Source: Camelus dromedarius
Lineage: Eukaryota
Direction: 5' to 3'
Length of the DNA stretch: 64,000 nt
Assembly (NCBI RefSeq): GCF_036321535.1
Contig: NC_087436.1
Location: 17,484,001 to 17,548,000 of the forward strand
Shown here: piece by piece, positions 12,646 through 26,980 of the stretch
How positions within the stretch are numbered: the stretch's first letter is position 1
Layout: every line of letters starts with the position of its first letter
Translations under genes and position numbers: made by a program
The notes under the pieces: generated by a model
Databases searched by the model: none
Told to the model about the DNA's origin: nothing
The model's input: only the letters and a program-made list of their open reading frames with translations

Positions 12646-14287
12646 CCTAAGTTTGCCCAGTTTCTTAAACTGGCATAGGATCTATTCATAATTTTGTTTG
12701 GAACATGATAAGCTTTTTCAATCCACCTTCACCAGTTTTTTTCTTGTTGTTGTTTGTTTGTTCAGTCCAAATATTATTGTTCAGTTTGCCTTTGCTTATT
12801 GTGGTGTTCCCATTGCTTGGCATTTTCCTTAAGTTCACATGTATTTTTTATGTTGGATCTTTGTTCTCTGTCTTCACTATCTGCTGTCTTCTCTCCCACT
12901 ACTCTTGGTTCTCGTCCTGTGCCTCTGCATGCTGGAAGCACTCACACACTCACCCTTGACATTACCCATTTGGTGTTCTGCAACATACATTCTTCCCTTT
13001 ACCGGCAGACACTCATTCTGTCGTTATGTGATTAGTTATCGGTTGTCTTTAAAAAAATTAACCCCACACCCAATGTTTATTTTCATAGCATTATTCTTCC
13101 AGATGGTTTTTGCTTCTGCTTCCTAAGAAATTTAACTTCTTACGACCTAGGTGTTCACCTAGTAAAGTAAAAGTATTAAGACTGAGTGTTTTTTAAATTA
13201 AATTTGTATTGAATTTTCTTTTCTTCCATGCAAAAATTCACTTTCTGGGTTCTATTCTTTTAATAATAAATCATTGAGATGGTATTCCACTTCCATATAC
13301 TGTAATACTTAACATTTTTTTGTTTCCCTAAGGAATCATCCACTATCCAAATTTCCTCAGCTCCATTTCCTATTCATTTTTGGATGAACTGTCTCCTGGC
13401 TTATATATCCATCTGAAGAACAAGATTATGTAGACAACTTTTAGCTCCATTCCTCTGTCTTCTGAGCCATTATGTAGGCTAGATGTGCTGATCTTTCTAC
13501 TCCCTGATTTTATATCACTTAGAGTAATTGGAATATATGGAATAATCTAATTTGCAGTTTTTCTTCCTATCAGGGCTTTTCCTGTTCTTCCATTTACAAG
13601 CTCTTTGCCTCTATGACATAATGGGCCACTCCCATTTTCATTTTATATCTGCCTATTTTGTGTTCTTTTTTCATTTTGCTTTTTAGTTCTAAAATATGTA
13701 TAAAAAGAGCTACTGATAGTAAGAGAAAGTGGGGAATGGTGTCTCACCAAACCTCTAAGAGAATATCTCTATGCATGACAGCTGCTCATTTGAATGTTTG
13801 GGACAGAGCTGAGGGACTTGGAGCCAATGGCTGGACATTAATAGACCTTAAATATTTCTACCTTCTTGAAGATACTATATGAGTTCTATCTGAAAAAGCA
13901 AACCGTGTATAGACTACTAACCAGGGCAGAAATTCTAATGGCTTCATAGTTTATGGAAATTTTTCACAAATTATGGCCATCGATTGACATTTACTTCTAC
14001 TTTTTAGTATCGTTGTGTGTTTTTCCACATTTCTATGTCTAGGCTGGGAGGAACTGCATAAGGAATTAATACACAGAAGCCTGGCAAGTACTTTGACACA
14101 AGTTTGTATATTCTAAAATGTAAGATAAACTTCTGAAAAAGTGAGGCTCAGATTGGAAATTCAGAGAATCTTTTTTCTGAGGTTGTTTTTGATGACATCA
14201 AGGTAAGATTACAAGGGCCACATTTAAAAGTCTTATTTCTCTTTAGATACCTTGACTATTATCGACTGTCAACTTATTGCTCAGATT

Positions 14288-14900
14288 CAAGAAACAGTCT
14301 AGATTTTGTATGGTTTGACGCTTATCAATTAGTGGGAATTCTTTTTAAGAAAAAGAATACAAATCATAATATGAAATTAGGTACAAAATGATTACTTATT
14401 TAAAATTTAAAAACATAATATAAGTTTTCAAAGCCTAACAAATAACACGAACATCACAAAATTCATAAAAATAACTTCTTATGAAGTTACCAACACAGTT
14501 ATGTAATTCTTTTTTTTTCCTACACTTTTCTGGCTGCATACTTCTTAACCACTACTTCGTAGGACAACAATTTTATAATACAATTTTTATTAAAAGAAAA
14601 GAAATAATAATTCATTTCCTCTTGCATGATTGATCAAAATTAGTTTTACTAGAAAGTTTCAGCTTTGCAACTTATTAATGATATTGTCACATATATTTTT
14701 GTGTTGATATCAAACTTGGGAACAATTCTTTCAAGTTAATTTTTTATACAAACTATAAGATATAGAAATATTCTCCATAGCTCAGTATCTTGGCTCCATT
14801 CATTTGAAACTGTTTCTCCTCCAGTACTGACTGTACATGAGCAGTGCCCACCACTGGAGGACACATTCATATCCTGATACAGTCGTCTGTGATCCATTTC
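14288..14900. mobile_element. MER53-related hAT element fragment
   Basis: CTTTTTAAGAAAAAGAATACAAATC...AAATTAGGTACA matches the MER53-type left end; right boundary uncertain. Confidence 0.5.
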
Positions 14901-15384
14901 CTGCTAAGACCATTAAGCATCATCCTAGAGGCAGCAGTTGACCTGCACTTCTGCTAAATCACTTTGTGCTGTATAACATGTGGACTACATATGTACATAA
15001 AAATAGTGTGCACAAAACTTAAAGGAAATACAGTGTATTTCATGAAGTTCAGCAGTAATGAGATGACAATGTCTTGAACAACAGACTGATAAACAAGAAT
15101 GGAAGCAGGTAAGGACCACTCCATATCATGGAATTACTGGAGATGGGATGGAAGTGGCTCCTACTGAACGTGTATTTCAGAGCAGGGAAAATCTTCCATT
15201 GGCTCAACAATGCACATGGAAGGCTGAGTTTAAAGATGTAATTGTGCCCTGGTCTGTAAGGAAAGTCTAATATATATGGAACAGTCTGGATTCAGGCTTC
15301 CCCAGATCATAAACCTTCCATTCTTTTGTCATTTCTGCTCTAGGTTTTGACCACAGGTGTTGACCTTGTGTTCTCTTAGGGGAA

Positions 15385-15580
15385 ATAAAGGATAGATTTT
15401 ATAGTCTACAAGCTCTAGGTTTAGAGTGCAGCTCTTACTCTTATTTGCTGTGACATCGGGAAAATTATGTTACCTGAACTTCAAATTTTTCATCTATAAA
15501 TTAGGAATAGTAAAACCTCTTTCTTAGAAATCTGTAAAGATGAAATACAACATTGTACCTAAGGTCCTAAGACTTGATGT
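15385..15580 (+). mobile_element. MIR
   Basis: degenerate core TTTTCATCTATAAATTAGGAATAGTAA. Confidence 0.6.
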
Positions 15581-16060
15581 GCAATTCTCTTTTTTCCATA
15601 ATCCTGTCATCTGATCCTTTTCAAATCGTAAATCCATATTACATAGATGAACTTGATAGGACTTTTTTAAATCATGCTACATTATATAGCATAAAAGTAA
15701 AGAAACACATCTCTAAAACCCCCTCCCAATTCAAAGATGGTCTCAGTGCTGCTTTTCTAGGGAAAAAAAAATCAAGGAATTGGGAACCATCAGAATGAGG
15801 ATAAGATGCAGAAAAGGGACTAAGGTGACTTAAATATATGGAGGTCTTCAGGGGGCTAGGACAGCTTTCAATCCCCTGGAATTTCTTTCAAGGATCTGAA
15901 CTCAGTCAAGCCATGATGAAACTCTCCATCCTAGGATAACAGCCTACTTTTCTATATTTGCTTTGACTGTTTTCCAAAAAGCTCAGATCTCTAGTTTCTA
16001 GACTCCTTCCATGTCCCTACCACCAACCTTTTGCTCACATGCTGTGTGCTCCATTCACTA

Positions 16061-16478
16061 TTTTTTTTTTAATTGAAGTTTAGTTGATTTACAATGCTTT
16101 GTTAGTTTCTGGTGTACAGCATAATGATTCAGTTATACATAAATATATATTCTTTTTCATTATAGGTTATTACAAGCTACTGACTATAGTTCCTGTGCTA
16201 TACAGTAGGACCCTGTTGTTTATCTGTTTTGTATATAGTAGTTTGTACCTGCTAATCCCAAGCTCCCAATTTATTCCCTCCCCTGCTTTTTCTTTTGGTA
16301 ACCGTAAGTTTGTTTTCGATGTCTGTGAGTCTGTTCTGTTTTGTAAATAATTTCATGTGTGTCATTTTTTTTTTTTAGCTTCCACATATAAGTCATGTCG
16401 TATGATATTTGTCTTTCTCTGTCTGACTTCCTTCACTTAGTATGATAATCTCTAGGTCCATCCATGTTGCTGTAAATA
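16061..16478 (-). mobile_element. Cetartiodactyl-type L1 3' end
   Basis: T tail then TTGAAGTTTAGTTGATTTACAATG...CTTCACTTAGTATGATAATCTCTAGGTCCATCCATGTTGCTG. Confidence 0.85.
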
Positions 16479-16954
16479 GAACTATTCTATTCGTTTTATG
16501 CCCTCCATTCTTGCACATTCCCTTTCCTCAGCTATGCGTTTCCAGGTCAAACTAGTCTTTGGAGTTCTAATTGAATCACATTTCTTCCATGAAAAGCCTC
16601 GATGGCTGCTATGAAAAGAAGTGGGCAGAAGGCACTCTAAATGCTCTACTTCATTTGAATCACAGCAAATACGCTTCATCTATTTTCAATGTTGGGATCC
16701 CAATCTCAAATTTTTTTTTTCTGGTTTAAAAAAAAGTTGGTAATTTACAATTAACTTTGGTCAGATTCTTTCCATATATTTGTTTAACTTTTCTCAGCTA
16801 CATGGTTGACTTCTAACTAAAAGACAAATTCTTAGTAGAAAGGGATCATTCATAACTTCCATTTTTAAGCAATGTCCAAAGTACCTAGAACCATATTTCA
16901 CACATGTTGAACACTTAATATCCTTAAATCAAGATGTATTTGAGAGTTTGTCAC

Positions 16955-17415
16955 TGTTATGGGTTGAATTGTGTCCCTAAAATATTCATATGCTGAAGTT
17001 TTAAATCTCATTACATCAGAATGTAACCTGATTTGGAAAAGAGTTGTTGAAGGGGTAATTAGTTAAGATGAGGTCAAGTTGAACTAAGGTGAGCCCTAAT
17101 CCAATATGACTGGTGTCTTTATAAAAAGGGAAAATTTAGGTACAGACATGCACACAGGGAGAAAGAACGCCATGCAAAAATGAAGGCAGAGATTGGGGTG
17201 ATTCAGCAGAAGCCAAGAACCCTAAGATGGCCAGCAAACCACAGGAAGCTAGGAGACAGACATGAGAGAGATTCTCCCTCACAGCCCTCAGAAGGAATCC
17301 CCTCTGCCAACCCCTTGATCTCAGACTTCCCGCTTCCAGCACTGTGAAACAATAAATTTCATCAAAGCCTCCCACTTGTGATACTTTGCTATGACAGTCC
17401 TAACAAACTATTACT
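16955..17415 (+). mobile_element. MaLR solo LTR (MLT1B/C-like)
   Basis: TGTTATGGGTTGAATTGTGTCCC...CCCTAATCCAATATGACTGGTGTC...AATAAATTTC; 5-bp TSD GTCAC/GTCCC. Confidence 0.9.
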
Positions 17416-20400
17416 GTCCCTAATGACAGAAATAGATGAAGGATGAAAACTGTGATTCTCCACCTTCTTGTGAAACTCTGGATTTGACTAGGAGGAAACT
17501 GTAAAAACTTGCAACTTCCGCTCAGCAGAATTCAGGTCTTTCTGTGAAGGAAAGCGGTCCGCAGCAGGACAACAGGTTACACGGTGAGAGCTGAGGCAGT
17601 GTTTATTGTGATTTTAGAAAAGCTAGAGGAATGAGAAGCCTCTGGGACTCAGCCCTGGGTTGTTCAGGTAGCACAGTTCAAATAGCAGGAAGCAGAGGTC
17701 TGGCTTCTGTTAGGATCACCATGGAAACCATGGCCACAGCCAAGGCCAAGGGGCTGGGCTTCTCTTTGGTCTCCTCCAAAACACAAACACTGCAGGATTA
17801 AATCCACATTGGCTGCAGGATACTTTGAGCAAGGTTTGGTGGTGGTTAAACCTGGAACAGGCTGACTGCCCAACCCACACCAATAATATAATCATGCCTC
17901 TGAAATTGTTCCTTCTCTTGGTTTGCTCCTTAGAACATTTCCAAGGCCTCAAAGTATAGATTGAGAAGAGGGTAGTGATTGCTCGGGGCCCTGAAAAAAG
18001 CAATAAGCAACCCTACAGAGGAAATTTGTAAAGGCTTATTTGTCATTAAATCATAAGACTGGAATAAAGACTCAGAGAGCCTAAGATCCATTCCTCTATT
18101 GCTAAGCCTCTTCTTAAAGATAAGAAGCTACTCTATAAAGAAAGGTGAGACGCCAGTTTTCGCTCTCTCTTCTCTGCTTTCTGTTACTTGGAATTGCAAG
18201 GAGGAGGGGAAAGATGTAAAGCATGAGGAAATACGTTGTTAATACTAAAAACCCACATTCATATGTACCCTACATGTTACAAAGTGATTTTTGTGCCGGT
18301 TATTTTATTTTTTCCTCTCAGCATGCCTATGAGATTGAAATCATTATCTTTCTTGTACAAATTAGGAGACATTTATTCTTTTTTTTATTAAAGTAAAACA
18401 CAGAACTGGCTGAAGTTCATACATCTAGTCCTTGCTTGCTGAAACCTCATATTCAGAACTTTGAGCTCTAAGTCCTATTTCCACAGACATGCTGGAGAGA
18501 AGTAACAGCAGGGCAGGGACAATGTAAGAAAGAAAGAGCAGGAAAGATGGGTGTATGGGAAGAGGGCTTCCTCTTCAGGGCAGCAGAATTAAAGACCGTC
18601 AAAGAATGAGAGAGCTTTTTCCCGCCTTGTCTTCATCTGGCTTGGCCTTCACAGAAGACCACCATGCTGCACAGCTGAGTTTCAACTCTTTTTATGACTT
18701 TAGTATTGTTATTGTCCAACTTTCACTCCAGGCTTTATAATCACAGCCCTGCAAGCATTTCCTCCCAGGCTTCACTTTGCAGCCTCCTGGCATCTCTGTG
18801 TCTTTTCTCTGAGCCTTCCACCTACTGTCTGTATCCCAACTCAGTTGTAGAAGCCAGATTAGACAGTCTTTCACTTCAGTTGTTACATTCTATCTCCCAC
18901 TTTGTGTTTCACAGTGCAAGTGTCCATCAAAAGAGCAGAACATGATTTAGTCCAGTGTACGTCGGTTTTTAAGTAAACTACATTTCCAGTAATGAGGCTT
19001 CTGCCTTAGGGCCAGTGTTTTACTTAGCTGGCTACCATCTTGGCTGTCTTTCCTTTCACTAATACCAACTGATAATTAGACAATGGAAGAGGAAGATAAA
19101 TTATGTTGAGTTTAAACAATACTATACATTCCCATTTTCCTGGTCGCCACTCATCTTGGGGTATCATTTTCCAGTTCAGGCAACAATGACTCCTGGTAAA
19201 AAGTAAGTCAAAATTTTCCATCAAGTGATGATGGGGAAAAGAAAAAATAGCTGTCCTCTTCTAATGACTGTCATCTCTCACCACGTGGAAACCAGAGGAA
19301 CATTAGTTGATCGTTTAGCATGTATAACTCACCATGTGCTGAGGACTTCATGCTCATTACCTCCTTCAATCCCCACAACCTTAGAAAGTGGATAGTGTCA
19401 CCTCCATTGCAGAAAAGAGGAACATCTGTCTAGGTCTGTTTAACTCTAAAGCTTTTGGCCACTATGTTACAGCACCAGAAGACTGGTTGCCTAACCAACA
19501 GAGAGAAAGAGACAGAAAGAGAAGGAGAGAGAGAGGATATTGTAAGGAAAGGGGAAAACTATGTTTTACATATTTCTAAAGTAAATAATGCTAACATTTG
19601 TAAAATGACAGTAGAAAATTGGGAATGGAAATATTTTCCTTGGAGTATTGATGGCAAAACTTAAATGGATACTTGGGAGTCTGCTAATCTTACCAGATTA
19701 GTGCCTCTGTCATCCTATTTGTGCTGTCTCTGGTCCAGGAGAGCACCAGGTATACGTACGTCTCAGTTAACCAGAGCACAGTGGAGTCAGTCTGCCTATG
19801 TTGATTAACTCCAGTTGCTAAATGGTGGGTCAGTTCATTCACTAAAGGATCCAATTAATAGATGAGAGTAACAGACTGAATATACCATGGCTAATTTCAT
19901 CTCTGCCTGTTGATTTTTAGTAATTGATCTGATCCACCATGCAGCTCACCTGCTTGGTTGTTAAGATGCCTGAAATACTGTGTGGTGTTCAAGCTGTTTC
20001 TAATAGTACACTTATGACCTTCAAATGACTCTTCCTTAAAAAGAACCGGTCCTGGGATGAAAGCAAATACAACAAGCCTATCTAACGTTTAAACAGATAT
20101 ATTTTCTAATAAGGGACTAACTGAAATGTATTCTTTATCTTTGATATGTAAGTATAAAAATATGGAACAATAATAAAAATTACCTTTAAAAGTGATTACT
20201 TTGTGCACTAGAGTTCTTTGTCATACTGATAACTATCAAGTGATATTGGTTATTATTAAATAATAATTTACAGAGTTTTACTTGTTATTTTCAGGCAAAA
20301 GCATTCTAGTTGTGTACTGTTTTATTTTTCACTAAGACATAAACAATCCCCATTGCCAAAATTGTATTGATTGGAGCTTCTGTACAAATAAAAAATGTAT

Positions 20401-21429
20401 TAATAAATAGAAAGTGACTAACCATGTGATCAGTAAAACTATATGATCTTATTGGAAAGACCACTAGTCTACATTCAGGGAATCTAGATTATAATCTCAG
20501 CTTCATCACAGAGTCACTGTGCTAAGAGAATCCAGAGTCAGAGAGAAAGGTATTTTATAGGCCATTTAGTTCAAACCCTCAGGAGAGGATCTGAAGACAG
20601 AGAAGTTCATTGCACACCTCCTGATTCTTCTCCCTGTATCACCTCCACCTCAGTTGTCTAAGAATTTACTAAGACAAACTTTTAAAAATAGAAAGTACAG
20701 TTTACAACTAATTACATTATGGAACTATCTCATGTCCTGATAACACTGAATGAATCTTCACAGGACAGCATGATTGTTAAAATTATATAGCTAATGTTAG
20801 CCTTCAAATTTTGAAATTTGAATGCAAAACTATCTTGTAAAGATTTCTTGAGTGTGACCAATTATAGCAAATCATTGAATTTTCACTCATATACCTTCAT
20901 CACATATGCTACCAATTTTTTGGCCCTAATATTACTTTTTAGTATTAATAACTAAACAAGATGGAGTGAGTCAGTGTAGTGGAGGTGGGTGGAGAGCACG
21001 ATGTGTGAATTCAGAGCTTTATATCCTTCTATCAATTATTCATTCATTCTCCTAATTAGTCAACACATATTGACTGCCTGCCTGAAGACTCTAGGATACA
21101 GAAATGAACAAGACATGGCTGCCTCCAGACCTACAATCCAGGATGAGACAGACATGTCAGCCTAGGATTACTGTGCAGAACAGGATGTGCTGTGAGCGAG
21201 GTAAGAACAAGGTACAGCAAGGACACAGGATGATGCAGATGCAAGCTGCTTAGCAAAGGACAGGCTACCAGGAGACAGCACCTGGACTTAACTGCTTAGA
21301 GGATTAATAAATATTAAACATTTTATTGACGCTTACAATGATAGATAATATTTTATCTCTTTCATATTTACAATAATGTATTTACATGTATGGTGTTTAT
21401 AATACTTACAACGATAGATAATATTACTG

Positions 21430-21610
21430 TAGGTAATATTTTACTGATGCCAGGTGCCATTCTAAGCACTTTACATTTATTGACTTATTTAATCCTCACA
21501 ACAACCCCTGGAAATAGGTCTTATTATTATCACCATTTGGTACATGAAAGAACCCAGATTCAAGGTCACAGTGGCCAAAGTGAAATTTGAACTCAAACAG
21601 ACTCTGGGTC
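21430..21610 (-). mobile_element. MIR
   Basis: TGCCAGGTGCCATTCTAAGCACTTTAC...TTTAATCCTCACAACAACCCTG...CAAGGTCACA. Confidence 0.8.
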
Positions 21611-21779
21611 ATGACAAAGAAAAAGGAGTGAGAGTGAACAAAAAGAGGATGAGATAAGGACACAGACGTCAGCAACAGCAAATCATAACAGCTGTGGGTG
21701 ACATACGAACAACTGTGAGTTTATCCTAAAGCCTATAAATTATGCAAGGCTCTTCAGTGTGTGGGCAGTAGGACCCGGG

Positions 21780-22140
21780 CACACACAGTCTCACTTCATC
21801 CCTTTGCTCACACAGCTACCAGAAATGTCCTTCCTGCATCCCTGCTCTTCCTAAATTCTGTCCCATCCTTTAAAACCTCTCTCCTCTGTGACACTTTCAG
21901 CTCATAAAACCACCACCCAACTCTTCCAGCACAAAGAGCCCATATCACACAATTCAATAATTCTGTCCGTTACTGTGCAATACCTTTTCACGTGTATTTA
22001 TCCGATCACCCCATATACATCACACACACTCTTAAACACGAGAAACCATGCCCTACTCCCCTTCTGTGCTCCCACAGCATCTAGTTCACCCAGTGAGCAC
22101 CTAGACGTGACTCACACAATAAAACTTTCTTTAGAATAAA
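21780..22140 (+). mobile_element. LINE-2 3' fragment
   Basis: CCCACAGCATCTAGTTCACCCAGTGAGCACCTAG...CAATAAA. Confidence 0.55.
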
Positions 22141-22439
22141 AACTGATAGATGGACCAAATGTAGGAACAGTGCAACCTGTTGTTATTACCTGTTGTTATC
22201 AGAACCGAAATTTCCCAACCTCTCCATCCGGTCTTTCTGGGCACTTGTATAATCAAGAGATTTAAATCTCAACAATAGATAATTATAACTTGCTTGGCAA
22301 ATGCCCATACTGTTGTCCAGATCAATGGGGGGAAGAAAGATAAAATCATAAGAATAAAATACAACACATATATTAGCTCTCTCCAATTTTCTAATCTCTT
22401 CATAACTAGGGTTATTTTCAAGATCATCAATATATTTTA

Positions 22440-23000
22440 AGATTAGAAGGTCTCTTCAGGGTTCATGATGCCCTCCTCCACCTCCTAATTCATCAATCAC
22501 CAGTCTTACTCTTTAGACAGGATTTAATTCTAAAATTAGCCTTGACACCTTGAGAGACTATTTTTTAAAGATCTCCCAAGTAGGAAATTCCATTTCCTTC
22601 CACAGTAATTCATTCCACTCAGCCAATTCTTCCCCAGGTGTAATCTAAACCCTACATACTGCAGTTGGGTCCCATTTCCTTTTGTTTTAACCCCTACGGT
22701 GTTAATGAAGAATAGTTTATTATCTTCAAGGATGACTAAACCATCCTTAAAAAAAAAAAAGTACTATTAAATAACCCAGCCTCTCTTGTTTAGTTGAATA
22801 ATAAAAGTTATTTTAACCTATACTCATAGATCTTATTTCCTATTTATTTTTGTCTTCACTACTAAATAATTTCTAAGTCATCTACATTCTTTAGTGCAAA
22901 ATCTAGAGCTTAAAAATGGGGCCCAGGGACTGTCTGCCCAGTGGTAGGCATAACTGGAGGATGAGCTCATGGTGCCTGACTTCTGCACTTCTATTCCTGC
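22440..23000 (-). mobile_element. L3/CR1 LINE fragment
   Basis: GGAAATTCCATTTCCTTCCACAGTAATTCATTCC...TAATCTAAACCCT...CCCATTTCCT resembles antisense CR1. Confidence 0.55.
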
Positions 23001-23621
23001 CTCTCATTGTGATGTCCCCACTCCTTACAGAGCTACTTTCTTATTTCATTGCCTGATAGTCATCTCTAAAATATCTGTCAACCAGACTGAAGAAGATTAT
23101 AAAGCAAGGATACCTTGTTAGTAATTATCATTCTGCCCCAACCAGTTGACACTCTTAATCAAAATTCCCTTGTGAATCTTTTATGATTTCCTCACATTAG
23201 TTAGAAATCTACATTCATGATGCTGACCCTATCCTTTAAGATCTATGCTATTATTAGCAGCAAATTTAATGAGTATGTTTTTTTCTTTTCTAGATGACAA
23301 TTTTGTCCCAACCTGCACCCCTCTCCCAAGTCAGTATGTATTTTCCTAACCATGCTCAGAGTTTGGTCCTCATTCCAGTGAGCCTCCCTAGGAAAGCTGT
23401 AATCTGATCCCCTGAGAGAATGATGAGTGTTTCTTATCGAACATAATTTTAAACAGGTTAATGTCAAAATAGACTTCGCCAAGTGTTCCAAACCCTAAGG
23501 TCATAATGAATGAGTCCAATGAGTCCCACAAAGTTCTTTTCTTCATGATGACTTAGTAATCTGTCCAAGTTTCTTTTTTTTTAAGCTTTAATTCAGGTCT
23601 ACCATTTTTAACTTTAAAAAT

Positions 23622-24001
23622 TGTATTAGTCTGCTAGGGTTGTCATAATAAAGTACCACAGACTGGACTGCTTAAACTGAAATTTATTTTCTCATAGTTC
23701 TGGAGGCTAGAAGTTCAAGACCTAGGTGTTGGCGGGGCCAGTTTCTTCTGAGGCCTCTCTCCTTGGCTTGTCGATGGCCGTTTTCTCCCTGCGTCTTCAC
23801 ATGGTTGCCTGTCTGTGCATGTCTGTGTCCTAATCTCTTTTTATAAGGACACCAGTCATATTGGATTAGGACCCATTCCAATGACCTCATTTAATCTTAA
23901 TCACCTCTTTAAAGACCATACCTTCAAATACAATTACTTCTGAGGTACTGGGGGTTAGGATTTCATCAAATGAATTTGGGGCACAAATTCAGCTCGTAGC
24001 A
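23622..24001 (-). mobile_element. MaLR solo LTR (MLT1A-like)
   Basis: TGTATTAGTCTGCTAGGG...TCTGGAGGCTAGAAGTTCAAG...TATAAGGACACCAGTCATATTGGATTAGG...AATTCAGCTCGTAGCA. Confidence 0.9.
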
Positions 24002-24529
24002 AAACACATACTTATTCCTTACTACCTTCCCTCCTCCAGTAAATATAATATTGTTGATAGTTTGCCAGAAATGCATCTCAGCCTTGCTTTAGTGGAGTTG
24101 ACTGGTCTATATTGCCAAGATCACTTAAGCCTTAAACATAGCCTTGGTAATATTCCTAATTATTTCCATTTCAAATGTAGTTCTGTATGCAGAAACTTCT
24201 CTCTCTCTTTTTATTTTCACCTGTCATTATGTTTTACTTTATTTTCCAAAAGTATGCTTAGCTCTTTTAGACAACTTGGCTCCTTAAGCCCTCTTAGTAT
24301 AGAGAGTTTTAATTTTTTTTTTGTAAACTAGCTACCTAAGATTATTGAAACCTGATTTCTGAAACATATTAATTTTACTTAACTGAGAGAAAAGAATCTA
24401 TGCAGTAGTTTACAATCACCAAAGACATGGATCATTGAATTAAGAGATGAAGAGTCAAGAGTTCCCAGTCTCAGATCCAAGTAGAACTGCTGGGTTAGGA
24501 TGCTGGGCTGTGTTTCCCCAACATTGTCT

Positions 24530-25400
24530 TAGGTCCTCTTCTCCTTCTAACCAGTTCCTCGCATGAACCGTTCATTCCTTTAATACTCCCTCTGTGCAGA
24601 TTATTTCCGGTCCATCTTGTATACCCGCCCACGTTCTTGGCTTCATATTAGGCACCTCTACCTTAATGTCCACCCACATCATTAATGACCCCTTCAAATC
24701 TGCTCCTTCTCCAGGTGTTTCCACTTCTCTTGATCCCTAGTCTCCTAGTTACCCAGGATGGAAATTATAAATAGACTTGTGGTTTTTCTCTTCCTTCACT
24801 AAACCATCTTCCACTTTGCTTTCATTTCCATTGCCATCACCCTCCTTTAAGTCTTCATTACCTCTGACTTAAATCATTTGCTAGTCATATAACAAGCATC
24901 TTACTTAATGAATTTCTCTCCCACCACCCTCATCACTCATTCTATCCAAGCCCCTAGCTACTGCTAGACAGGTATTTCCAATAACAAGCTGCATAGAGAA
25001 GGGAATGTAGATAAGCAAAGAGCCACTTTCTTAGAGATAAAGAAGAGAGATTTTTTTAAATAAAGGAAAAGTTGCTTCCCTTAATTTAACACCTCCTGAT
25101 TCAAATTTTATATATCTATATCTGTATCTATCTATCTATATTTAATGCCTTCCAAAGCCTACTGAACAAAATTCAAATTTTTACACTAGGTAAGGTATTC
25201 AACGCCATCTGTATTCTGGCACTAATTTCCACACAATTCTCTTCCTACTCTAAAATAACGGACATTTCATTATCCTTTCCATATAACTTGTGCTTCCGTA
25301 GCAGTATATCTGCCATTCACCCTTTCAAATGCTTTCTCTCCTCTAGTTTCTTCTCATCATTCAAATTTAAGTTATTGTGTGAAGCTTTCTCTAAGGTGTT
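24530..25400 (+). mobile_element. Diverged LINE-2
   Basis: pyrimidine-rich L2 body motifs (CTAGTTACCCAGG, CATTGCCATCACCCTCCTTTAAGTCTTCATTACCTCT). Confidence 0.5.
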
Positions 25401-26268
25401 CAGATATGAGGGACTTATACTCAAACCATCCTCTAACCTAGGAGTCTCCAGATTAGTATACACACACCCCCAAGAGAAGAGCAAATGATCCACTGGAGTA
25501 TGGAAAGAAAATATTTGAACATCTATTACTGTTACTTTTAAAAATAAGAAAGAAATGAAAGGCTACTATTATTTAACAGACATATTGATACCAGGACCCT
25601 CACTAGGTCCATGCATCAGACATGGATGCCATGGAAAGTAGCCTTCAAAATTCTGGAGTTCCACAGCGAGGGAGCATTTGCTGTGACACATATCCATCAC
25701 TCATTTTCAGCATATTATGACAAATTACATTTTATGTAGATTTTTAGATAGTCTTGTCTCATTTTTAATTAAACTAAGTCTCACAACATGCTTAATATTT
25801 TTTTCTACAAGACCCTGCAAATTAAAAATAATATTATAATGTAAGCACCAGCAAACAAGAATTAAATAGCAGACATAACGTTCCCCCTCTCCCAACATGA
25901 GCTTTACATCAACCACATTAGATGCAAAAACAATGTCTGCTAAATCAGATCTGACATATAAATCACATTCCTATTGCCAAGCAGTTTATTAATAGTATAT
26001 TTAAGAAAGTAAGAAGAGTTTTTAATTGCACAATAAAATTAAAATCACTTCAAAAAATACTGCCTATCTCATCTTTACAATATTTTTCTAATTTCCAGTT
26101 TTGTATATGATTATAGTGTATGTCTATATTAGCATAAGAGTACATACATGTGATTTACATATAAATCTCATATACTTTCAGTAGGTATGCGAAAAAATTT
26201 TATTAATGGGCTACACAAATAGTGTGTGGAATCGCTCTTTTTTGAAATGACAAAGCACAGTTTATACC

Positions 26269-26399
26269 CCTTTTTTTGGCAGGTGTGGGCAGGTAAGTAG
26301 GTTTCTTTATCTATTTTTGTAAAAGAGGTACTGGAGATTGAGCCCAGGACCTCCTGCATGCTAAGCATGTGCTCTACTGCTTGAGCTATACCCTCCCCC
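26269..26399 (-). mobile_element. tRNA-Ala-derived camelid-type SINE (vic-1-like)
   Basis: Minus strand GGGGAGGGTATAGCTCAAGCAGTAGAGCACATGCTTAGCATGCAGGAGGTCCTGGGCTCAATCTCCAGTACCTC with A/B boxes and A tail; TSD CACAGTTTATACC/CACTGTTTATACC. Confidence 0.85.
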
Positions 26400-26429
26400 C
26401 ACTGTTTATACCTTTATTCATTACTTTCC

Positions 26430-26838
26430 ATTTTTTAATTATTTTTAAAAATTTATACAATTTATACAATTTTTATACAGTTTTAAAGGTTACTTTCCAT
26501 TTAGTTATTACAGAATATTGGCTATATTCTCCATGTTGTGCAATACATCCTTAAGCCTGTCTTATACCCAACAGTTTATGCCTCCTACTCTCTCACCATT
26601 ATACTGCCCCTCACCCCCTCCCCACTGGTAACCACTAGTTCTTTATATCTGTGAGTCAGCTTCTTTTATGTTCTATTCACTAGTTTGTTGTATTTTTTTA
26701 GATTCCACATATAAGGATATCACAGTGTTTGTCTTTTTCTGTCTTACTTATTTTACTTAGCATAATGCCCTCCAAGTCCATCCATCCATGTTGCTGCACA
26801 TGGCAAAATTTTGTTCTTTTTATGGCTGAGTAGTATTC

Positions 26839-26880
<42 letters not shown>

Positions 26881-26980
26881 ATCACATCTTCTTTATCCAG
26901 TCATCTGTTGATGGACACTTGGGTTGCTTCCATGCCTTGGCTATTGTAAATAGTGCTTCTATGAACATTGAGGTGCATTT
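26430..26980 (-). mobile_element. L1 3' end
   Basis: TTATTACAGAATATTGGCTATATTC...GATTCCACATATAAG...GGCTATTGTAAATAGTGCT; flanking repeat ATTACTTTC. Confidence 0.85.
26841..26876. repeat. (GT)18 microsatellite
   Basis: direct reading. Confidence 0.95.

Noticed and set aside
18107..18144. Plus-strand micro-exon with AAG|GTGAGA donor (PLLKDKKLLYKER)
   Set aside because: The sequence aligns by eye with a MIR core fragment, and there are no partner exons.
26325..26399. tRNA-Ala(AGC) gene
   Set aside because: It continues into a SINE body with an A tail and TSDs, and the B box is degenerate.
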